Origin: Neoechinorhynchus agilis
Taxonomy: Eukaryota; Animalia; Acanthocephala
Direction of reading: 5' to 3'
Length of the DNA stretch: 64,000 bases
NCBI GenBank assembly: GCA_051530055.1
Contig: CM121343.1
Coordinates: forward strand, 1,086,389-1,150,388
Each line of letters begins with the position of its first letter. Within the stretch, counting starts at the first letter, position 1. Shown one piece after another: positions 1-10,530 of this stretch. A program made the position numbers and the translations under genes. The notes under the pieces are model-generated. The model worked only from the letters and a program-made list of their open reading frames with translations. It did no database searches and was not told where the DNA came from.

Positions 1-1115
1 GGCTCTTCCAGACTTGCATCATGAACTCATGGAGGCATCTGGTGGCCTCAATGAACATGAGTAATTCTTTGAAAATTATTGGAAACGTATTTTGCTTTAT
101 GAATGGAGCCTTCCGATCGACGGTGAATATCTCTCTAAATCTAAAAACTTCTGTATCTTGGATGGAGATTATTGTTGCTTAGCTCATCCACCACGCCCTC
201 ATACGCCTCGATTACCGCAAGCACAGTCGACCGGATAAAATAGATGCCCCTTCACACCTGCTTTTAAACTGTGCCGCATGATTCATAGACAAGAACTGGC
301 CCGGCACTTCCCTGGCACCTACGAAAGTAGGTAAGGCTAATTCCGTAGTCATTCAATAGGTCGATCGCTTGCGTTGAGCTTGTTTTGTGCAAAACGTGAG
401 GTCTTCAATCATACGGCAGACGGGGTATTATTGATATAGCATTTGAGGACGCGGTGATACACTGCGGCTCTGCTATTGTTTGCGTTTTCTTTAGTACATC
501 TTTTTCCCGACATTGGTTCACATGGCTGTGTGCAGATACGACATCGGTATATTTTTTATGACACGAGCCGCATTTAATCACGATAATCGATGATCCTCTT
601 TAAGCGGTCGACAATTGCACTGCAGAAACCCAAGCCATAGATCGTTGGATTGCACATATCGCAAGCAACACGTTCTTCGAACTCATCACTCCTGCGTGAC
701 ACCGGTTGTTGCAAATTTAGTGATTCACATCGATTATTGCTTTCTCCTCTTGAGCGTCCGCAATCTTTTCGTTAAAAAATTTAGAATGACCAGTGCTGGT
801 GGGTCTTTGTTTTAAAATATTTATCCACTTCAGGAATTATTTCTCTATACTTATCCTCTTTATGTGCCATCATTTCTTCGCCTCGGTCTTGTGAGTTTCA
901 TAGTAACACCTCTATATCAATGACATTGACTTCATTTGTCCGACGGTCAAGAAGGGTGAGATCACGTTTGAGGGCTTTTCCGTCGACGGTTTGGAGCCTA
1001 TAGTTTTCGACCAATTCCACGGCATCGAAGAACTTTGTCAAGAGGGTCCATTTGATTCTCCGAAGTACTCCGTCTTCTCGGTATATCATGGCAGCAATAA
1101 CTTTTGGACACTCGT
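1..1115 (-). mobile_element. Decayed R2/NeSL-like fragment unit (RLE endonuclease remnant followed by zinc-finger remnant)
   Basis: ORF 898..1089 (LQTVDGKALKRDLTLLDRRTNEVNVIDIEV) parallels the PD..D endonuclease segment of the element at 15461..16039 (KPDLILIDRHQKKANIIDFAV). Related copies lie at about 3060-3920, 45650-46560 and 48490-49400. Confidence 0.65.
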
Positions 1116-2040
1116 TGGGATATTGCTGAATTGAGTTCCTTTACGGAGCGGGGAGACTTCGAGGCAGCAGCGAGGCAAGTCGGGATTTTCGGTGGTTCCG
1201 ATGGAGGATGTTTTTGGTTCAGGGTTTCGAGAGTTTCCTCGTTAACCTGGGCAAATACTTCAGAGAAGGATAGGATGCGAACAGCTCCGCGGATGTCACC
1301 ATCCGCAATTTTGGAGGATGAACGTTCAAGTATGGATCTAGCCGAAAATTACTGTGTGTATCTTGTTCTGTAGCTCCGCGATCGGCAGCCCGAATTGCGC
1401 CCGAAAATTAGTTGATCAAGGAGGCGATTTTTTCGATTGAACTGACTAACGACCCCTCCGAATTGCCGCCAACAAGAACTAGCCCGTACAAGAGACGGGA
1501 CGCGCAAATGTCAGACCCGTTTTCTAAGCAATCCCTAAGCAAAGCACTAAATGACTTCGTCATCTGATACCGAGCGCCCTTTGGGATACGTTTCAGGACG
1601 TTCCTGGGCAGAACGCGCAAGATATCAGGGAATTTCGTGGGAATGACTGAGGCGCTGGGACATTCCGAGGAGGTAGTGGGTTCGGGATGACAGATCTTGG
1701 GGGGCGGGAGGAACCAGAACAGCGGGATCTGAAGGGACCGTGTATCCGAACTAACAAGGATTTGTTAAGCAAAAGCAACCACCGCATTCCGAACAAAAAC
1801 CTTTCTTAGAAGAGGTGGCATGGAGGTTTGATAACTCGGCCTGTTGTTGTAAAGCCGTTGCGTCACCATCATCATTGAACTCGACGTCGTCCGATTGTCG
1901 TGTGATGGGCACAGGGTAATCCAACTCAATTGATGACGTCAAACTCGGCACGGCAGAATCCGCGAGGTCAAAGTTCGGCTGCATTCTGTAAAGAAAGACC
2001 TCAAAAAAGACCGACCGAGACCACACAACGAATTCTCAGC
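1115..2040 (-). mobile_element. CRE-clade non-LTR retrotransposon 5' fragment
   Basis: CSECGGCF..RIHGPFRSRCSGS and LKRIPKGARYQ motifs are shared with the CRE ORF at 26313..27107. It is an inverted copy of 47520-48490. Confidence 0.75.
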
Positions 2041-2800
2041 TAGCTTATAGGTCCGCAAGCAAAGAACGCTGTCAAGAACTGCTAAGACAGTTTTCGCAGG
2101 AAATTACGATATATAGAAAGTAAAAGCTCAGCCTTTTTGACGCTAGAAGATTGAACCTTTATAAGATAAGGTTGCCGTTTGTCATCCTGCGCTGCAAAGT
2201 TAGTTTGCAAATTTTTTGAAACTAAGTTCTTTTCCCCCAATCGGCTTATCTCATTGAAAAAACATTTTTTATATGCGGATAGCTTTACAAATCGATTATA
2301 AATTTTCATCCAAAAAAACTAAAAACTGCGCGTCAATTCAATAATGAACATTTTTTATAGAATATCATAAAAACCGAATAAAATTCATGTTAATTTATAG
2401 ACTTCGAGCAAGCAGACTACATTACTAATTTTCACAAATTATGTCGATAAAAAAACGATGATAAAAATTTAAACGCGCGCCAAATAATTGAACGGATAAG
2501 AATTCTTCCGTTTTTTGTATATTGCAAATCGCCGTCTGTTTCCTATCGCTGCTCGCACGTTCCGCGCATCGTTCTTTGTTCGCTGATGAATTGAGCGATT
2601 TTGGAGCTGAAGGTTTCTTTTAGACTTTGCACCGCGAACCTATGGAGGCATCTTGGGGCCTCAATGAACGTGAGTAATCCTTTGAAAATTATTGGAAACG
2701 TATTTTGCTTTATCAATGGAGCCTTCCGATCGACGATGAATATCTCTCTAAATCTCAAAACTTCCGTATCTTGGATTGAGATTAATGCTGCTTAGCTCAT
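2040..2800 (-). repeat. Interspersed AT-rich non-coding repeat (family A)
   Basis: Homologous to about 46800-47510 and 49620-50280, with more diverged copies at 5850-6200 and 16630-17130. Confidence 0.7.
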
Positions 2801-3059
2801 CCACCACGCTCTCATACGCCTCGATTACCGCAAGCGCAGTCGACCGGATAAAATAGATGCCCCTTCACACCTGCTTTTTGACGCTGCTTTGTACTGGAGC
2901 CTTCCGATCGACGGTGGGTATCTCTGTAAATCTCAAAACTTCTGTATCTTGGATGGAGATTATTGTTGCTTAGCTCATCCACCACGCTCTCATACGCCTC
3001 GATTATCGCAAGCACAGTCGACCGGATAAAATAGATGCCCCTTCACACCTGCTTTTATA

Positions 3060-3920
3060 CTGTGCCGCATGATTCATAGACAAGAACTGGCTCGGCACTT
3101 CCCTGGCACCTACGAAAGTAGGTAAGGCTAATTCCGTAGTCATTCAATAGGTCGATCGCTTGCGTTGAGCTTGCTTTGTGCAAAACGTGAGGTCTTCAAT
3201 CATACGGCAGACGGGGTATTATTGATATAGCATTTGAGGACCCAGTGATACACTGCGGCTCTGCTATTGTTTGCGTTTTCTTTAGTACATCTTTTTCCCG
3301 ACATTGGTTCACATGGCTGTGTGCAGATACGACATCGGTATATTTTTTATGACACGAGCCGCATTTAATCACGATAATCGATGATCCTCTTTAAGCGGTC
3401 GACAATTGCACGGCAGAAACCCAAGCCATAGATCGTTGGATTGCACATATCGCAAGCAACACGTTCTTCGAACTCATCACTCCTGCGTGACACCGGTTGT
3501 TGCAAATTTAATGATTCACATCGATTATTGCTTTCTCCTCTTGCGCGTCCGCAATCTTTTCGTTAAAAAATTTAGAATAACCAGTGCTGGTGGGTCTTTG
3601 TTTTAAAATATTTTGCCACTTCATGAATTATTTCTCTATACTTATCCACTTTATGTGCCATCATTTCTTCGCCTCGGTCTTTGTGAGTTTCATAGTAACA
3701 CTGCTATATCAATGACATTGACTACATTTGTCCGACGGTCAAGAAGGGTGAGATCACGTTTGAGGGGTTTTCCGTCGACGGTTTGGAGCCTATAGTTTTA
3801 GACCAATTCCACGGCATCGAAGAACTTTGTCAAGAGGGTCCATTTGAGCCTGCGAAGTACTCCGTCTTGTCGGTATATCATGGCAGCAATCACTTTTGGA
3901 CCCTCGTTAATAGGATGGAG
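3060..3920 (-). mobile_element. Second copy of the RLE+ZF fragment unit
   Basis: Near-identical to about 250-1115; compare ORFs 3406..3606 and 615..815. Confidence 0.65.
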
Positions 3921-4319
3921 AAGGGTCTCGTGTTGACACAAACAGGACCTGAAAGCACCGGGTCTGTCTTTGTCTACTCGTTTTAAGAATGAGCTCATTT
4001 CCATCAGCGGGTATCGGAGATGACATGAAATCATCACTTTTGTTTTTATTTGATCTATGTAAAGGCGAACGCTTTTGGATCACTTTATCTAAGCGGTACT
4101 TGTTTGTTTACTTATATGAATACACATTAGCATACCCATGCGTATCTGTTTTTATCGAATACGGCATGCTGCGTATATATTTTTCGCATTTACAAGTAAT
4201 GTTTGATGGTGTTTTGGCGTCGAGAAACGGCGCGATATGAAAGAGGATATGTGAGATTGACTCACCGTACTTTGTGATTTGGAAGCAGCCTCGAATACAG
4301 TCATATCACCGGTTCATTG

Positions 4320-4592
4320 TGCCGGACCCTCATTAGGACCAAATTCTAAAGAACCAAAACAAATGGGCCCCTCATTTGGACCAAATTTTAAATAACGAAA
4401 ACAAATAGGCCTCTCATTAGGACCAAATTTTAAATGACGAAAACAAATGGGCCTCTCATTTGGATCAAATTCTAAAGAATCAAAACAAATAGGCCTCTCA
4501 TTAGGACCAAATTTTAAATGACGAAAACAAATGGGCCCCTCATTTGGACCAAATTCCAAGGAACTAAAACAAATGGGCCCCTCATTAGGACA
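4320..4592 (-). repeat. 39-bp tandem repeat in an open frame (13-aa unit FGPNEGPICFxxL)
   Basis: ORF 4314..4745 repeats GPNE[GR]PICF about 7 times. The copy at about 43340-43695 has more units. Confidence 0.9.
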
Positions 4593-4964
4593 TTTTTTAA
4601 TAGGAAGTTTTATGTATTTGTGTTTGTTCGGGTTGTCCGGTGATTGATGACTTACTAGCTCCTTTAGTTTGTCCGAAGAAATCGGTATTCTTAATGTATT
4701 GGGCGGTCGAACGCCGCTTTCCTCCGTACACTCAAGGCCAACCATGGGATCGAGAGGCTTCTGAATGGCAGGAGGAACAACATCGTTAGCGACACCAGGC
4801 TACGAAAACATGCCGTTGTACTTTTTGTTGAATGCTTTGGGACGCGAATTGACAATTTCGTGTATCATCGATCGAAATCCAAAACCTGTGTAATTTGGGT
4901 CGACGGCGCGACCTTTATTGAACACTGTACCAATCAGACGGAAATTGTGCTTTGAGAATTGAGC

Positions 4965-5039
4965 TCGCATCCACGCAAGACTACCACTGGAAATACTTTG
5001 ATTAAGCAGACTACATGGCTACTTTTTACAAATTAATTT
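4965..5039 (+). repeat. 75-bp direct repeat, left copy (right copy 5846-5920)
   Basis: tcgcatccacgcaagactaccact...ctacatggctactttttacaaattaatt occurs twice with a few differences. Confidence 0.9.
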
Positions 5040-5040
5040 C

Positions 5041-5109
5041 GAGGTGGTCAAGTGGACTAATGCCCGTGATCCCGATTAGGAGTCAAGTGGTTCGAATCCG
5101 TTACCACCA
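5041..5109 (+). ncRNA. tRNA-derived Pol III head (A box and B box), SINE-like or tRNA pseudogene
   Basis: TGGTCAAGTGG (A box) and GGTTCGAATCC (B box), ending in ACCA. No convincing acceptor stem. Inverted copy at about 42823-42891. Confidence 0.6.
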
Positions 5110-5125
5110 ATGACGCACAGCCAAA

Positions 5126-5190
5126 GGGGACGAAATACCGCTGAAGGGAGGAAATTCACTGATGAGTCCCGCCTCCTGGAGGTATCTGAG
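5126..5190 (+). ncRNA. Hammerhead-ribozyme core with non-canonical strand order
   Basis: GGGAC-GAAA-TACC ... TTCA-CTGATGA-GTCCC ... GGTA-TC-TGAG. All three stems are complementary. The copy at 42741-42806 (minus strand) pairs better. Confidence 0.6.
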
Positions 5191-5231
5191 GATCCGGAGG
5201 AATGTACAAACTCTTAACCGTGCATTAGAGA

Positions 5232-5639
5232 CTATGTGGTTATATCACTTCTCTGATGTAATTGGTTTGGCTTTATGCCTAAATAAATAAGCCGGACAAG
5301 AAAGGGATTGACTAAAATTGAATGATCTTTTAATAACACTTCGGATCCTTTCCAAATCAATTCGCATTTGACAGATTGAGCGTTTGGAGAATCGTCAGAG
5401 CGTACGATATGGCGAGTTTTGAAAAAGCTCATACTATATTTCGGAGCGACATACATAAATTCGCGAGGACCGGAAAGTAGTAGATTATACAACTTTTGAT
5501 CGCTCATCCACAATGCTAATGAATTCTTAGTCTTAGGCAGAGCTTCGTTCATATATCCATCCACATTGTTACACTCATAACGGTCAGAGGAACCCAATAT
5601 TGCCCAAATCCGAGGCACGAAGAAATTCGACCATATCAC
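5232..5639 (-). CDS. Orphan 135-aa ORF inside the direct-repeat-flanked cassette
   Basis: Open in two copies (also 42293..42700) and truncated in a third (62312..62668). No recognisable motif. Confidence 0.3.
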   Translation of the reverse strand: MIWSNFFVPRIWAILGSSDRYECNNVDGYMNEALPKTKNSLALWMSDQKLYNLLLSGPREFMYVAPKYSMSFFKTRHIVRSDDSPNAQSVKCELIWKGSEVLLKDHSILVNPFLVRLIYLGIKPNQLHQRSDITT

Positions 5640-6539
5640 ATCGAACGATTAATTCAAGTTAAGTCTCACCCTTTCGAAGCTCAACTTATTGCGGAAACCT
5701 TAATCTGCCCGAACCACTCACGAGTAGAGGACGACACCTCGGACTGAGGCAGAAAAGGAAAATGACCCAATTATCAATTTAGGTCTACAAACATTGGGCA
5801 AATGATATTAATTTAGGCATGAGCCTTGGCGATAGCCGACACTTGTCGCATCCACGCAAGACTACCACTAGAAATACTTTGAGCAAGCAGACTACATGGC
5901 TACTTTTTTACAAATTAATTATTTTCTATTAAAAAATTACGACAAATATTTAAGCGCGCGCCAAAATCTTAGACAGATTAGAATTCTGTCGTTTTTTTGT
6001 ACCGTCAAAATCGCCGTCCGTTTTATATTTTTGTTCGCTTGTTCCTTGCACCGCTCTTTTTTGTTCTCCGATGAATCGAGCGGCTTTGAGGCTGATGGTT
6101 GATTCGATTTGCCATCGCACCGAATACGAACGGAAGCGTCGCAATGCACGTGAGTAATATTTTATTATTAATACGGGCATTATGTTTGTTTATGAGTTAT
6201 TTTCTTTATATTGAGTTGATTCTAATAATCAACCTAAAAAGAAATATTTTGAAATCATTGGAAACGTCGTTTTCCGATTAATGGTCTGCATTGCGGGTGA
6301 ATCTTCCCTCAACAAAAACGACAGCTATTGCGTGAGTAGTGGAACACCGACAGTGTTTCGTGCCCTGGATCAGAGAAGTGAGACTCGATCTCCTTTTCAG
6401 TTTTTGCCACTGCTACCGGGGTCTCGGATGATATCGAAGTCGCCATTAACTGATAACGTTTTTGTTGCCAAAAACCAACTCGGCTACGCGTATCACGCAC
6501 ACCAATGGACACCCACACGCACCACACGCGTACGTCACC

Positions 6540-6797
6540 GATCGATTACTTGCTCAAGAATCATGCACCGATGACCACAGTAGTTGAACATTTCAAGAGA
6601 AACTGTGATATTAGCTCGTTCTCCCTCGGTCTCTTTTATTGCCTTAAACATTGCAACTTCATTGTCATCTTTATCGATGTTTCCAATCGCGTTCTTTAGG
6701 ATCTTAACTGCAAGTTTGCGGCTGAAACCCTTCTGTTAGCATTTGAGGATTTGCCCGAAACTGCCCTCGCCAATTAAGTCTCCCTGGATATAAACTT
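6540..6797 (-). pseudogene. DYRK/HIPK-like (CMGC) kinase N-lobe fragment
   Basis: Translates to VYIQGDLIGEGSFGQILKC*QKGFSRKLAVKILKN..EVAMF..LEMFNYCGHRCMILE, showing the Gly loop, the VAIK-type lysine and the helix-C glutamate, with an in-frame stop. Confidence 0.75.
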
Positions 6798-6799
6798 TA

Positions 6800-7609
6800 T
6801 TATCGTGACCGAGAGCTTACGTTCGCTTGATATTCTCGATCGTAATTTGAACCATGAACGAAGAGAGAAGCTACTTTAGTCGAGAGAGCAGAGTCGGGAG
6901 GGTCATAACGGACGGAACTATCAGCTTCCCTTTCAGACCAGTCAGATCTGGACATTCCCTCCATCTCAATCTCGGACATAAGTGGACGGAGAAGATCAAA
7001 AAACTGACGTGCCGTCAACCTTTCCCTGGCAATTATGTTCATCCAGCTAGTAACATCAATGCTAGCCTTGGAATAGTGTATACCCAATTCTGAGATGATA
7101 TCCTCTTTCTCTTGTCTAATCGAGACTAAATTGCAGCTCGGACATTCGACGTGCCAGCACAGATTATTTAAGGCTGAAGGATTATCATCAGTATCCAGCA
7201 ACCAGTAGTCTGAATAGCTGAAGTCACCATAGCGATAGTAAGGGAGAAGGAAAGAATACAGCTGTCTTACAGTAGCAGAAAGATTCCACACCTTGATATA
7301 ATTTTCGATCTTTGAGATATCCTGAGAAGAGATAGGGCCAGAATAGCCAGGAACAAAATCCCAACGCTTGGCAAGAGTGCTTCGTCGGCTGCTAGTGAAT
7401 ATCCTTACGGGCCTCGGATTATAGTAATGACTTAGTTTACCCATAAGTTGATCCCCAAGATCCGACCTACAACCGTTACTCCAAGAGCTCACAGCTGATC
7501 CTCCGCAGAGACAGCCGCAGGCTCGGAAGTAGCCTTTGGTTCCGACTCCTTTGTAGAAGTCTTGAATTTTGGGCCCGTTGGTGCTTGCTGAGAGTCCCCT
7601 TCGAAACAC
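6800..7609 (-). CDS. Orphan ORF of the putative viral block; likely start at MGKLSH (about 7444); 3' end fused to the host repeat at 6863
   Basis: Long open frame. Its last ~20 codons match the repeat at 41070 onward, so the C-terminus is chimeric. Confidence 0.45.
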   Translation of the reverse strand: MFRRGLSASTNGPKIQDFYKGVGTKGYFRACGCLCGGSAVSSWSNGCRSDLGDQLMGKLSHYYNPRPVRIFTSSRRSTLAKRWDFVPGYSGPISSQDISKIENYIKVWNLSATVRQLYSFLLPYYRYGDFSYSDYWLLDTDDNPSALNNLCWHVECPSCNLVSIRQEKEDIISELGIHYSKASIDVTSWMNIIARERLTARQFFDLLRPLMSEIEMEGMSRSDWSEREADSSVRYDPPDSALSTKVASLFVHGSNYDREYQANVSSRSR

Positions 7610-7866
7610 GACTCAATACCGAACGGATCGGCATACTTCTGAGAACTGGGAACATCAAACGTACCCTTATCAAATCTGGTCTCCCAGCTTGCAGTACTGG
7701 CCAAGGAGAATCGGAGACGGGTGTAGGCATCAAGTTTCACGTGAATGGCAAACAACGGACCAATCGTTACAAAGTCATACTCCCCCTTGCAACTCCTAGG
7801 ATAGAAGGCCCCTCGGAATGTGATATCTGAGTCCGACCATAAAGGGTTCGAGATTGTCAGTCTGAA
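7489..7866 (-). CDS. Orphan open frame without ATG, overlapping neighbouring ORFs
   Basis: The frame is open from about 7866 to the stop at 7489; the ORF track shows its last 88 aa starting at a TTG. Confidence 0.3.
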   Translation of the reverse strand, partial: FRLTISNPLWSDSDITFRGAFYPRSCKGEYDFVTIGPLFAIHVKLDAYTRLRFSLASTASWETRFDKGTFDVPSSQKYADPFGIESCFEGDSQQAPTGPKFKTSTKESEPKATSEPAAVSAEDQL

Positions 7867-8977
7867 CTATAGACCAGACAGAATTATTTAGAAAGAATTT
7901 CATGGTAAGATCATCTTCTGTAGTATGAGACGAGTGCCACCATGACACCCCAAGAGAAGTTCTACCATTATTTTCTGAGTACGCTGTAGCGCCCGTTCCA
8001 ATTGACGTTCCCACGAGTTTCGAGACCATGGCCCAATGGAGTATAGTTCTTTCGCAAATAACAGTAACGTTAGGATCTTCAGCCCATGCGGCAAAAGCGC
8101 GAGTGAGAGGAACCCCCATATAAGCATTTATAATACCTAGGACAGTTCTATCACTCCTCGGAAGTACTTCAGAAGGCATGCCCAACGTCCAAGATGATTG
8201 TGGCACAAGCGTTTTAACCGAAACTTGCATGGTATCGAGGCGCATACTTAGTTTATGACTTGCGACCCGGAGGCGAGGGAGAATATTCGGGGCCGAGTAG
8301 TATTTGAGTTCATCTTCAGGTCTAGTCCTGGTTCGAACGGCAGGAAGGTCAGTCACCCTCAAGAAGCCAAGTTGAATCAGAGGGTAGAAATAAAGGCCCG
8401 GATCATAATTCCAAGCCAATCGAATGCCAGAGTTGTATGGAACGTTCAATCTACCCATAACTTGATGTTCGAGAGAATTGTTAGATAAAGCTAGATATGA
8501 TAAAAGTTCTTCTTGACAAGGAATCTCATCGAGAGGCTCATTCGGGGAGGACCCGTTCAAGATCGATAACCCTAGGCTATCATAAGGGAACGAGCCTAAA
8601 CCATTCGAGTGTGGATAGAAAAAGCGCTGAACTCGTGTTTCTATTTCTTCCAGAGTAACAGTGACAACGATAAAGATTTTCTCAGATTCTTTGGCAAAGG
8701 CGTCCATTAGCGCAAAGAAGTGTTGTTCTGGTCCAGAAGTGTTCATATAGACCTCATTGGTGAGGATTAGATTCCACACTATACCCACTATTCGGAACAG
8801 CTGTTCCGCAGGAGCTGGGAAATACTGTTCCATTAACGCTAGAGTTCGACCATCAAATGCGGAGCTGTGTGCATCAGCCCCTTCGTTCCAAGAAAGATTG
8901 TTGACAGCTATACTCTTGAAGAATTCGACTATAGACATGCGTAGCCACACCACTTCAAATGGCTGACATGTCCACAT
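7796..8977 (-). CDS. Orphan 393-aa protein, putative viral
   Basis: Uninterrupted ATG-initiated ORF starting 17 nt after the stop of the upstream 511-aa ORF. Confidence 0.65.
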   Translation of the reverse strand: MWTCQPFEVVWLRMSIVEFFKSIAVNNLSWNEGADAHSSAFDGRTLALMEQYFPAPAEQLFRIVGIVWNLILTNEVYMNTSGPEQHFFALMDAFAKESEKIFIVVTVTLEEIETRVQRFFYPHSNGLGSFPYDSLGLSILNGSSPNEPLDEIPCQEELLSYLALSNNSLEHQVMGRLNVPYNSGIRLAWNYDPGLYFYPLIQLGFLRVTDLPAVRTRTRPEDELKYYSAPNILPRLRVASHKLSMRLDTMQVSVKTLVPQSSWTLGMPSEVLPRSDRTVLGIINAYMGVPLTRAFAAWAEDPNVTVICERTILHWAMVSKLVGTSIGTGATAYSENNGRTSLGVSWWHSSHTTEDDLTMKFFLNNSVWSIVQTDNLEPFMVGLRYHIPRGLLS

Positions 8978-8994
8978 ACGAGTGATGGTACCGT

Positions 8995-10530
8995 CTAGTT
9001 GGGTATTACCATTAGGCGGCGGGCGGTGACTTCCGGATAGTTGTCGGTGGATAAGATTGCTTTCATACGAGCGAATGTAGCGGGAGAACCGTCACGGTAG
9101 TGGTCGAGAGCTGAAGATCCGCAGAGTGTAAGATAAGCCATTTTCTCATTACGACGACGAAGCATAGGTGCAAGATGACTGACGGTGTTTAGAACGCGAG
9201 TGAAATCCATCCGCGCCGAGGTATCTAGGTCATCAGACAAGATCAGCCTAAATATCCTATCATGGCAAGGGCCACTTCTAATAGTAGCCGGAGGATTCAG
9301 AGGTTCCGCCGAGAGGGTATAGAGTGAATTAGCATCACAATTGGTGCCAGCTCGCAAAACTGTTTCCTGCTCACGCCAAAGATCATTGTATTCTGCACCT
9401 ATAAGTCCGGAAGTAGAGTAAGAAAGTCCGGCTGAGAAGCAGAGAGGTCCGCGGAATTCGGATAGATGGGGTAAAACTCCAACATAGTACTCTAAAGCAT
9501 TCTTTTCTTCTTGAGTTTTACCTTTGTAGAACGAGATATTGTCTTCAGCTATAACCTTAGCAGCATCACTAAGGAAATTGTCATCTTCCATACATGTAAG
9601 ACCTATGGTATAAAGAAACTGGGGCTCCTCAGTCGCTAGTATGACCAACCTGGTGGTCGGGAGAGTACGAAAGAGGGAATAGTTGCCGGCTAGGGCAGTG
9701 GTAACTTTGAAAACATGATCAGCAGATTGAATAGATTCGACTGTCATTTGATAGCCGACCGGAACGTAAGGCCCAGAGACAGGATTACCGTTGATCGAAT
9801 GCATAAGACGATTCCACTCATCAGCGAGTCTCTCGGCGTAGCCATCGCTGCCAGCCAGAACGGAGGAGATGTAAGAACTAACGAAAGAGCTCACACCGTT
9901 TCCAGCTAGTCTAGCAATAGCGTCAGACGAGATCCAACCTGACGAATAAAACTGTCTAAAGTGTCTATTCTTGAGTGAAGAGAGCAATGCTATGCGCCTA
10001 GAGGCGCGCCAATCCAGATTTTCGACCAACTCGCCTTGGCCATTCAAAACATCTAGTTCTTTACAGAACGCAGCACAAAGTCTCTGATTACGCGAGTTTA
10101 ACCCGTACGCTAGAGCGCGTAACATGGGTTGATTGTTGCGATGAGAATAACATAAGCCCATTAGCCTTTTCTTGGAAGTACCAATCTTATTAAGCAGAAA
10201 GTGCGCCCGCACCCTGACATCATTACGGATCTTGTGGCCAATTTCTTCGGACTTCTCATTTATGGCCGTGGCCCCAACGAACGTGCTATCGTACTTGAAG
10301 TTTCGTATGGCGGCCTCCATATCTCGAGTGAATGAACCGGTTTTGTCAGTGGGAAAGAAGGCGTTGTAGTCTCTGCGCCTATCTCTTTTATCCCTCTTAT
10401 CAACTTGGACATATTCTGCCTGACCCAAAGTCGCTTTGGCTCTACTCACATAAGCCAAGAACGCAGTACCCAGATCAACGGGGCAATTCGGTAAAGATTC
10501 CAGATCTAAATCATCGCGATACGTAGTCAT
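8995..10530 (-). CDS. Orphan 511-aa protein, putative viral nucleoprotein-like first gene
   Basis: Uninterrupted ORF with ATG about 110 nt from the 28S junction. It has a basic N-terminal region and no transposon or host motif. The nucleoprotein label is inferred from size and position only. Confidence 0.6.
   Translation of the reverse strand: MTTYRDDLDLESLPNCPVDLGTAFLAYVSRAKATLGQAEYVQVDKRDKRDRRRDYNAFFPTDKTGSFTRDMEAAIRNFKYDSTFVGATAINEKSEEIGHKIRNDVRVRAHFLLNKIGTSKKRLMGLCYSHRNNQPMLRALAYGLNSRNQRLCAAFCKELDVLNGQGELVENLDWRASRRIALLSSLKNRHFRQFYSSGWISSDAIARLAGNGVSSFVSSYISSVLAGSDGYAERLADEWNRLMHSINGNPVSGPYVPVGYQMTVESIQSADHVFKVTTALAGNYSLFRTLPTTRLVILATEEPQFLYTIGLTCMEDDNFLSDAAKVIAEDNISFYKGKTQEEKNALEYYVGVLPHLSEFRGPLCFSAGLSYSTSGLIGAEYNDLWREQETVLRAGTNCDANSLYTLSAEPLNPPATIRSGPCHDRIFRLILSDDLDTSARMDFTRVLNTVSHLAPMLRRRNEKMAYLTLCGSSALDHYRDGSPATFARMKAILSTDNYPEVTARRLMVIPN

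Noticed and set aside
4320-4592. CRISPR-like array
   Set aside because: The units are contiguous with no unique spacers, and the context is eukaryotic.
5041-5109. Functional tRNA gene
   Set aside because: A and B boxes are present, but the 5' and 3' acceptor strands do not pair in register and no clear anticodon arm forms.
5640-5760. Structured ncRNA (snRNA or RNase P/MRP-like)
   Set aside because: Some GC-rich hairpin potential, but no diagnostic motif was recognised.
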